A stretch of 64,000 nucleotides of DNA from Azolla caroliniana. Lineage: Eukaryota > Plantae > Polypodiophyta. A program made the translations under genes and the position numbers. Each line of letters opens with the position of its first letter. Within the stretch, counting starts at the first letter, position 1. Shown here one piece after another: positions 40,551 through 50,084 of this stretch. A model generated the notes under the pieces. The model was not told the origin of the DNA. It saw nothing but the letters and a program-made list of their open reading frames with translations, and did not search any database. The stretch lies in contig JBHGNT010000008.1 in assembly GCA_043228905.1 (NCBI GenBank), positions 15,190,001-15,254,000 of the forward strand, given 5' to 3'.

Positions 40551-41616
40551 GGTTTAGGAACAATGGAAGTAATCTAAGCTTGGATAGTAACAACGTGATG
40601 TGCCAATGGATCATGCATAATGGACCTAGGAATTCGGTATATAATTGACGGTGCACATATACATTTATGGTGCACGTTTATGGTGCTCATTTATATAATT
40701 AAAATATTCTAACGTTTTCATTCATGGTGCAAAAATGACTATTTATCATTGGTAGTTTTTTACATAGCTAATTAGCTATGTCAAGGACATAACTAATTGT
40801 TTCCACTTGCATGCTTTCACCTTTGCACGTTTCTATCGAAAGAGAGAGGCAGTAATTTGTTGCAGATGCCATAGCATCAACTAAAGTGCCTCAAAATTGT
40901 GGCTTTTAAGAGCGTCAAAATTGTGGCTCAGACAAACGCGAGGTTGAGAAGGAAAACCACAAACTCAGACATGATTACTTAAAGTTGGAATATATTTCTT
41001 CGATGCCTTGCAAAAAAATTGGAACATGTTTTTTCGATGGTAGGATTAAACAAAGTGTGTGTGTGTGTGTGTGCAAAAGAGGAAAGTGTACATAGAGACA
41101 GTTCGAATGGATGTAGCTCAATTGGTTAGCTTGCCAAATGGAGACCCGAGGGTTATGGGTTATGTGTTGAACCCTTACACTCAAGAGTGGCATCTAGTAA
41201 ATTAAGACTCTAGAGATATCGATGGAATAACAAAGAGGTAAGCAAATCGGGTTTCGAACCTAAGACATAGTGCACACTAATATTGGAGAGCAACAAAAAA
41301 CAATAAGCGAGGGAGGAAGACGTAATGGGTTTGCCATTGGGATTGGTTCAAAGAGAATCTCTTTCTTGTTTTGCTTTGGCGGGATTTTTGCCATGAGTCT
41401 TGATTTGATTTTCGTTGCTTGGAGTTTGGTAAGACGTTAAAGATTTAAAAAGCAAACAAAAGTCACTGAAAAAGTGAAGAAAGAGGGAGAGAGATAGAGA
41501 GAGATAGAGATAGATAGATAGAGAGATAGAGAGATAGAGAGAGAGCCAAAGTGCAACCAAACAAAGGAAGTGCACAATCTAAAATATATCAATTTTCAAA
41601 TAAATAAAGAATGCGT

Positions 41617-44600
41617 TGTCGTGTGGTTCTTCACACAAGATATAAAAAATAACGAAATAATTATTTTAGATTAGCTGAATGGTTTGATATGGAAAAGATG
41701 GACGTCTTCAAGAGCTTCCAAATGCATTTTACTACATATGAAATGGACAACTAAGTATCAAGTTATGTGAGTATGAAGTTTTAGAAGACGAGAGAAATAG
41801 AACTGTAAGATATCCCACATAGAGAGGACAACACCGAATGCAACATTATATAAGTAGAACTCAAACCCATTACTTTATATTTTGGTGTTTGGTGCATGGG
41901 TTGTTCATAGTGCACGAGTTGTTTTCACAAGTTGTTCGGCCGTTCGGAGCGTTCGTAGTGCACGAGCTGAACCACTCAACTAAAGTAAACGCCATGTGTG
42001 GACGCATGCAACTGAACGTTGAGGCCATGCAACTGAAGTAAAGGTTATGTGTGGATGCATGCAATTGAACAAAAAGGGGTCATGATCAACAAAGAAACTC
42101 TAGATGTATTTCACTCTCTTCTTTTCTCCACCTTCTTCTCCTTTCTTTCATGAATCATCTCTCATATTGATATCCAACCCATTGTAACTACTCAACTAAA
42201 GTAAACGCCATGTGTGGACGCATGCAACTAAAGTAAAGGTCATGTGTGGATGCATGCAACTGAACATAAAGGTGTCATGATCAACAAAGAAACTCTATAT
42301 ATATTCCACTCTCTTCTTTTCTCCACCTTCTTCTCCCTTCTTTCATAAATTATCTCTCATATTGATATCCAACCCATTGTAACATGATTCTAAAATTATA
42401 AAGAATCTATTGTTTTGATATAAACTAATGTTTTCTTTCACCTACTTATCTTATGTGTAAATCTTGATTGTGTTGTGCGTGTGAGCTCTAATTCCTTCCA
42501 GTCCATAACCCCGGCAATTCCGCCTCACCATCCGCACATAGTGATGGATATTTCACGACATAATTAAGTGGTGAACCCGACCGGAAGAGACGGTAGGAAG
42601 GATTCAAGTGCTTGAAATAGAAGGTTAGAAGTTGTCTTCTTCGACAAATACCCAAGCTGACGAAGTGGCAAAGTTGGTGGCTATTGTCGAGCATATGATG
42701 AGAGCTCGAGATAATGATGCAAGCTTAGACAAGGCCATCGACCGGATCGTTGAGATAGCATACCAATTTGGTGGAAGGAACATTACGGATTTTCTCTCTA
42801 TATACAAGACAAAGATGCAACAAAGAGATGTCATCGAAGAGAAGCAAATATCAAGCTTCAAGTGTGTTGTGGCAATAGGGTTACAAGGCTGTATACGGGA
42901 GATTCAAGCCACCCAAATGACATGGGTGGGATTTGAAAGGGCACTTTTGGCTAAATATATGCTTGAAGATGCATCAAGGATGACTCGTCATATGTTGATG
43001 AAGTGGATCGAGAAGAAAGGGAAGAACATGAACACATCGGGAGTGTACACTGAATTTGACCAAATGTATAACCGTCTCCCGAGAACTGACCAAACACTTC
43101 TCGAAGGAAATAAATTTTTATACTTCTTAAAGGCGGTAGATGAAAAAGATAGACGAGAACTAGGTAGTCTATTAGAGGACGAAGCACAACCCAACGGTCT
43201 CGTAACGGATTGGGTTGCGGTAAGAAGAGCATATGATTGATTCGATAAGCGTCGGCGATGGCTAGAGGATTCCGACATGACGGGGTCGGTGGTCCAAAGA
43301 AGGAAGGTTCCAATAGCAATTAAGATGACAAAGCAATGCGAGCCGACTGAAACAGTGATGGGGAACTCTATCATTGAAGAGTTGGCTAAAAATTTTGAAG
43401 TGGTTTTGTTAGCTAATATGAATCGTCGAGGGCCGAAGGGGAAAGACCCATATAGATGTGTGTGGTGTGATAGTATGGATCATGCGAGGAAAGACTGTGT
43501 TAGCCTTCAAGAAGCAATTCGACAAAACCTCGTCTACATGCAAGGCAACAATATACACTCAAGCAAGACTTGCAAGCCATTGCAAGTGAATTTTGGTAGA
43601 GCCGGGCTCAAGAAAATCATGGATGAGGCCGATGCAAGCCATGTCGAAGCTATATACTATGCCACATTCGCTGGTATAAGAATCGGGAAGGAGAAGCTTG
43701 GGATGATTAAACTGGGAATGGGGTTTTGGCTGACTGTCCTTGAATACGGACAAAAAGGGAAGATTAATTTGGATGATGCAAAGCTAGCAAACCTTCATGT
43801 ACGAGACCTTACAGGATGGGCGGATCTTATTGATAACAACACGATCTCGGCAGAGGTCATATGCGAAACCCACAAAGTCTTTATGGATGAGAAGCGGAAG
43901 AGGATAGATCTAGAAGAAGGCCCTTCCAAGAAATATGACACAAGAAGCGTAAAGAAGAAGGAAGAGGTAATCAAGACCATACGTCAAGAAGATGGAAGCT
44001 CAAACAAGAGAGTCGAAGAACCGACTCAACCATCTGAAGAGAATGCCAAGAAGGGGAAGGATAGATCGATGCCAACATACAAATTGAGGTCGAATATTGA
44101 ACAAAAAACAAACTTAAGGAAGGTTGTTGAAGAAAGAGTGCTCAATAGCCATATTGACCTTACATTGAGAGAACTACTTGCAATTGCAAAGGAGTTCCAT
44201 ATTGACCATCGTCAATCTTATAATAAAAAAGACAACAAGTGGATGAGGAAGAGGGAATTTCTACAAAGGTGACAACCAATGCCATAATATGGCAAGAACG
44301 GAAGAGAAAGAAGAAGATCTAGTGGATAGTAATATACACGACCCCATTGGGTGAGAGTGATAACAGAAACTCCGGTGAAGATTGGAGAGAAGAAAGAGAC
44401 GGTTGTGGCTCTTAGAGACCACAGATCAGAGATTAACCTCTTATAGAAGGGAAGATGGCCTATCAACTCAAACCATGGATGGAAGATTCGTGCAACGACG
44501 AAGGCAACAGAAGAACTTTATGGAGCATATCCTAACATTCAAGTCATAATTGGGGATGTAGAGATCCACCAACACTTCTTTGTGCAAGATTCGGCTTCCT

Positions 44601-45601
44601 ATTCGGTGATTCTTGGGCAACCCTACATAACATCATCAAGGATGGAGACTAAAGTGTTTGACAGGGGAGCAACATTTGCTCGGGTGAAGAGTCTCGATGG
44701 TCGGAAGTTGGTTCAATTCATGACGGTGCGAGCTAATCATGAGAGGAACCGAGATAGCCTCGGAGATGAGGCCTCGGATTTTTAACACGAACTCTAGTAG
44801 AGTGGGGTAAAGATAGTCTGAGAAAATGTAAGTCCCCAAAAAGAAGGAAAAAGCAAGAAGGAAACATATATTTAGCACCTAATGGTGCATGTGGGATGAT
44901 TACACACAATGAGATTGAGAAGCGCCAAGTTCAAAGCTTTGAACATTGGTTAAAAGAACAAGGAATATTAGAAGAATAGTACAACATATCATGGATCATG
45001 GAGGACACTTCATTTAACAATACAATCAGAGAAATAGAGATCATCGTGGAATTGAGCCCTTGTGAGCAACATATTATTCAAGTTAACTCCATCAACATGT
45101 ATACCGCCATCGACGAATGTCAACGAGGGGTTATGGAGGAGATGGTCAAAGTAAATACAAAATATAAAACAATAGATAAGAAGATCAAGCCAATAGTTAT
45201 TCCGTTACCGGAGGATAGTTGGCAACGAATGAAGGAAGTTACCAAGGATCCAAGTCTGAGAGACCCAAAAGTGATAGGCCATACCTTCACCGACGAATCA
45301 AGAGGGAAACTCCGAGTCGGGAAGGATGATTTCCTTATCCCCAAAGAAGAAGAAAGGTTTAGGGTGATGCTAGAGAGACATGGAAAAGCCTTTGTCTTCT
45401 CTGCACAAGAGATCGGATGTGCCGACCCGAAGATGATAGAGCCGATGGTGACATTTACGGTGCCTGATGTACCTTGGAACCTCACACCAATACTGGTTCC
45501 AAGAGCTCACATTCCGAAGTCGATTTAGCTTCTAAAGGAAAAGGTTAGGATGTTAATTCTTGAGCCGTCCAATGCTCCCTACTCCAATAGATGGTTTACA
45601 G
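41617..45601 (+). mobile_element. Ty3/gypsy non-chromovirus element (Phygy/Selgy-like), 5' half
   Basis: LTR 41617-42560 (TGTCGTG...CACGACA) containing an internal ~200-bp duplication. PBS TGGTGAACCCGAC at 42569-42581. Gag 42632-44272 with CVWCDSMDHARKDC, protease end VILGQPY, and pol start to EPSNAPYSNRWFT where it is cut by the next element. Confidence 0.85.
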
Positions 45602-48300
45602 TGTCACGTCGATGTCGGCGTACGAGAGCAAACGAAAAGAAAATCGCGATTTCGGGAAGTAAGCATCGGGCTTCTTGTCAAAGAAAGAGGAGAAACGGAT
45701 ATAACTTGTATTGATATTTGAAGATGATTACAAAATATTTCTTGTACAATAATATAGCTTGTCCCTCTTAGTATATTAATATTCCTTGTCTCATGTTCTC
45801 CCCTTACTCTTTTCCCGTTCCCTCTTTAAATAGGTGCCCCCATGAATATGATGCATGTGAGGCTACAAGACATGCATGTAGTGCATGAAATGCATGTGAT
45901 GCATGAAAGACATCTCACGCATTTGAGCTTTCATGTATGAAAATATACATGACATAAGTATAATCATTACATCCTCCCCCTCTAGACTTGCGCATCCTTT
46001 GGCATGCACCAATGAATGTCTCCTTCTTCAGCTTCATGGATGTCATCTTCATTTAGGAAGTTAGTGCTTTGATCTTCCCTTCTCTTGAATAGCTTAATTC
46101 GCTTTCCTGTAATTGGTAATCTTAAAGCAACTCGAACCATTTGAGTTAGGAAATACTTTGCATTTTTATTCACTTGTCTAATGATATATGGCCCGAACCA
46201 TCTTTTGGCAAATTTGCGAGAAGTACTATGTTCAGGTTATCCAAGCTTCTATCATAAACTATGACCCAATCACCTTCTTGGAGCTTTCTTGGTCGAAGGC
46301 GATGGGTTTTATCAAATCTTTCTTTGTTCCGTTATGAAATAGCTCCCTTGACCATGTTCCATCTTTCTCATTAGTACTCAAGTATTTTCCAATTTGTAAC
46401 ATCTCCCCCTCGTACTCAGATTCACGAAGAATAACATGAACACCCAAATCACATGACCCCTTCAAGTTACAATTTATGGAAAAGAAATCAAAACTCTCAT
46501 CTTCTTCATCAATCATTACCATAGTATTTTTACCTTTAAACCTCGCTCTTGAGAGCATATTGGCAACTGGGTTATCCGTTCCTACAATGTGCTTGATTTC
46601 AGGACATAGTGATTTTATGTAAGCTATCCATCTAAGCATTGCTATATCAAATGTTTCCCAACTTGAGATCATTCCTAGCAATGGATGACAATCTGTTTCA
46701 ACCACAACTTCAACACCAATTAAGCATTCACGATCTGATTTTATAGCTGTTAACATACCCCATAACTCTCTTTTAATCAGTGGGTAAGCTCTTTGGCATT
46801 CTGTTAAGATTTTTGCACCAAATCAAACTGCATATCTCAACCCATCCTTCTCTTCTTGGCTAACAACTCAATTGATCCCGATTGGACTTGTATCCACAGT
46901 AACAATGATGGGGTGTTCACTATCATACCTAGCCTTCCGTAAAATAGGGGCATTCAACAACATTTCCTTTAGGTGGTAAATTGCATCTGTATGTACATTA
47001 GTCCAAAGGAAACTTGAATTCTTCTTAAGCAACCCATAAAGTGGATCAGCCACATGTGCAAAATGTGGAATCCAAATTCGGTAAAACACACAAGCACCCA
47101 AAAACCTACGCACTTCTGTTAGAGATTTACAATCATCCTTTAGATTTTGAATTGCATTTATCTTAATTGGGGATGGGTTTCTTCCGTATGGTCCACACAT
47201 GTGCCCTACAATTAGAACTTCGGGAACCCCAAACATAGATTTTTGACCTGAAAATGTAAGATGAACCTCTTCTAACCTTGAAAGGATTCCTTCACAAGCA
47301 TCAATGTGGTCTGCAACAAACTTTCTACATCCGTTCGCCATGAGTTTTTCATCCTTCTTATTCATCGAGCATCCTTTAATTGGAAGATCATCTAGAAAAG
47401 GCATAGTTTTTTTGGGCACAAAATCTCTTAAAATTTTATTCATCACATTCACCATATGTGCTACAGAATTTGTAGCACCTTGAGGCAATGTACACATTCG
47501 CATCAATCCAATTGGTGTTCTTATAGTAGTTATATGACGACTATCAATAGCAAGCTGAAATTGATCATATCCTAAATACAAATCACACATAGAATATATA
47601 GCTCTTCCTATGAAAGCTTCTGCAAAGGCATTGACAATCGGTCCAACACCGATGTTTCAAATAGTAACTCTATTAACAGGCTGTAATCCTTAATGAACCG
47701 TTCTTTTTAGGTACAATAAACCACTTATTCGAGTAGGGGGCATATGATGGCTCCAAGATACCCATTTCTATTTTTACCTTAAGCAAAGCTATTACTTGCG
47801 TTATTTGGGCCCGAGGAATAGGGATAGGTCTTAAATTCCAGGGAATATGCGGAACTGTAAATATAATCATTGGTTCCACAACTATTGGGTCTACACAACC
47901 AATTTCACACGGCTCAAATGCAAATGCTTTCCCATGACTAGCAATCATATTTCAAAAACATTATATCTCAACAGGCAAAAGAAAATCATTGTCGCCAATT
48001 TTTAGTTGATCTAGAGTAGCATTTGTAAACTTATGACCAATATCCGTAGAATTCCACAATGTTCGCTCAAACGCGACATTCGTTTTCATTTCAGTACTAT
48101 CCATAGGTAGATGCATGGCCACAGGCTTGACCTTTTTGTCTATTATTGTATATTTAGTCTTAATGTTTATTGCATAGTTATTTTTACTTGCTTTTTTAGC
48201 CATTTCATGAGAGCTATTGCCAACTATTTCACTATTAGCTATACAACCATTTTTTTCAATAAACTCAGCAATATGAAGGTAGATATCAATGGAATTTACA
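45602..48300 (-). mobile_element. Related Phygy/Selgy-like gypsy element, 3' half (RT, RNase H, deleted integrase, PPT, LTR)
   Basis: LTR 45602-45971 next to PPT AGAGGGGGAGGA. RT motifs MCTLPQGATNS and FLDDLPIKG, RNase H VDTSPIG and ETDCHPL. Frameshifted. Confidence 0.88.
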
Positions 48301-48473
48301 TACGTGACGAATCTGGCGCTGCTTCATTTACTCCTTCCATGTAGCTCCAGTATCTATGCCCCAGCAAGCACTGATGCATTTTATACAACCAGGACGCATA
48401 GTTGCTCCAGTCGAGCTTTTATGTAGAAAGCAAGCTCGCCATGCTTCTGTCCATATCCTTTCTTTTCGGTCTG

Positions 48474-48550
48474 TGTCATGAGATGGCAAGACTCGAACCC
48501 ATGACCTTATGGTATATGGGTCGAGCTCTTAACCATCTCACCATCTATTG
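48474..48550 (-). promoter_or_regulatory. tRNA-like Pol III A/B-box module at the LTR outer end (also 1901-1977 and 53622-53698)
   Basis: Minus strand reads TGGTGAGATGG (TAGTCTAATGG in element A) ... AGGTC-ATGGGTTCGAGTC with tRNA-like spacing. Confidence 0.65.
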
Positions 48551-48904
48551 TAATTCATAGAATATTATTTTCATTTATGTTTTATTATAAGAAAGTAATG
48601 TATATTCCAGATTTCTCTGGAACATTCTAGAAGCTTCAGGATTATTCCTGAGAACACTATAAAAGAAGGCACTAAGCATTATGTTGAACCAAATTGGTTC
48701 AACACCAGTCTTAAGCCTCTTAGTCGATTTGTACTTATCTTTCATATAATATAAGAGCTGCTGTCATCATCCTATCTCTCTCTCTCTCTCCTCTTCTCAC
48801 TTCCTCTCTCTCGGGAATCTTACGCAGTCCCGTCCTCTTAGTACTAATAGTACTACTCTTCTTAGTACTAATTCCATCTCTGTTTTAGTACTATTCCTGA
48901 CAGT

Positions 48905-50041
48905 TTGAACCAATCCGTTTTCTCCGAGCTACAGTGCCTAAAAGAAAAGTTTGTTGCCTTGGAACAAGAAAACCAACGGCTGATAGGGGATCTGCAACAA
49001 ATCGCTCTAGAAAAACAACAAACGCAACAACAACATGGGGAGTTAGCGTTACGGGTACAACAACTCGAAGCAGCGTTGCAACAACAAGGATCCAGTCCCC
49101 AAGGATTTCATAAAGAGCCCAAGATTGGACTTCCTGTGAAATTTGATGGAACGCGTTCGCAATTTCGGGGATTCCTTAATCAGGTACGCTTAGTCATCCA
49201 GATGCATCCTTCCCGATATCCCACTGATGCATCTCGAGTCGGCCTAATAGGCACGCTACTTAGCGGCTCAGCCTTGGCATGGTTCGCTCCGCTTCTAGAA
49301 AAACAATCGCCCCTGCTTAATAACTTTGAAGATTTTATTGGTGAGTTTAAAGCCTGCTTTGGAGACACCGACAGCATCAGGACGGCGATCAACAAGATCC
49401 GGCGATTGCGTCAAGGCGATCGTCCAGCCTCTGCCTACGCGGCGGATTTCCGCCTACTTGCTTCAGATATACCCTGGGATGATCAAGCACTAATGGAGCA
49501 GTTTCGCTATGGCTTGCGAAACGATGTCAAAGATCTACTTCTAACTTTCCCCGAAGAACCAAAGTCTCTTACGGAGGCAATCAGTCGAGCAGTTCGATGT
49601 GACAACCGCCTTTTTGAACGGCGTTCAGAACGTCAATTACAGATACCACGCTCTAGGCCAGAGCCCACTTACGCCGCAGTCGCGGCTAAACCGTTTGCAC
49701 GAGACATACCTCAAGCAAATACTTCGACACCGATGGAGATCGATACCATGCGTCGACGCGGCCCGTTATCGGAAGAAGAAAAGCAACGACGACGTGCCAA
49801 TCGATTATGCCTTTATTGCGGTGGACCAGGACATATCGCCATCAATTGTCCCCATAGGCCAAGAAGACAGGTAAATCAAATTGTCGCCTGTACTAAACCT
49901 GAGTCAATTCTTCCCTTCGGAGTGTCTGATAGTAGTAATAGTACTAATAGAGTGTCAGATAGTATTCATAGTACTAATAGCCCAAGTATCTCAAATAAAT
50001 TTGAAATCCTTAGTCAATTAGATGAAGAGTTAAACGATTGA
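48905..50041 (+). CDS. gag: Gag (coiled-coil N-terminus, capsid, CCHC knuckle); start codon uncertain
   Basis: KFDG...F...SALAWF, LRQG, QFRYGL, PMEID and CLYCGGPGHIAINCP. First in-frame ATG is only at 49202. Confidence 0.93.
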   Translation: MNQSVFSELQCLKEKFVALEQENQRLIGDLQQIALEKQQTQQQHGELALRVQQLEAALQQQGSSPQGFHKEPKIGLPVKFDGTRSQFRGFLNQVRLVIQMHPSRYPTDASRVGLIGTLLSGSALAWFAPLLEKQSPLLNNFEDFIGEFKACFGDTDSIRTAINKIRRLRQGDRPASAYAADFRLLASDIPWDDQALMEQFRYGLRNDVKDLLLTFPEEPKSLTEAISRAVRCDNRLFERRSERQLQIPRSRPEPTYAAVAAKPFARDIPQANTSTPMEIDTMRRRGPLSEEEKQRRRANRLCLYCGGPGHIAINCPHRPRRQVNQIVACTKPESILPFGVSDSSNSTNRVSDSIHSTNSPSISNKFEILSQLDEELND

Positions 50042-50084
50042 GTCCAGCCAAAATAGGAGCCATTTGGTTGGACAGCAGCCCTAG
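50029..50084 (+). promoter_or_regulatory. -1 programmed ribosomal frameshift signal
   Basis: G TTA AAC at 50029-50035 in gag phase, 6-nt spacer, then an 11-bp stem (50042-50052 with 50063-50073). The pol frame opens only at 50026. Confidence 0.8.

Larger units (their letters stand above)
30383..40822 (-). mobile_element. ~10.4-kb TIR DNA transposon, Sola2-like
   Basis: TIRs GAATAAAAGTATGCGAGTGGAAACA (30383-30407) and reverse complement AGGTGAAAGCATGCAAGTGGAAACA (40798-40822), 19/25 identical with all mismatches transitions. TSD TTGC (30379-30382 and 40823-40826). The empty site ACATTAGCTTGCACATTTCT is present in the paralogous repeat at ~29460. Confidence 0.85.

Noticed and set aside
48474-48550. 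Functional tRNA gene in the LTR
   Set aside because: The anticodon and D stems do not pair and the T stem is mostly G-U or mismatched. Kept only as a tRNA-like promoter module.
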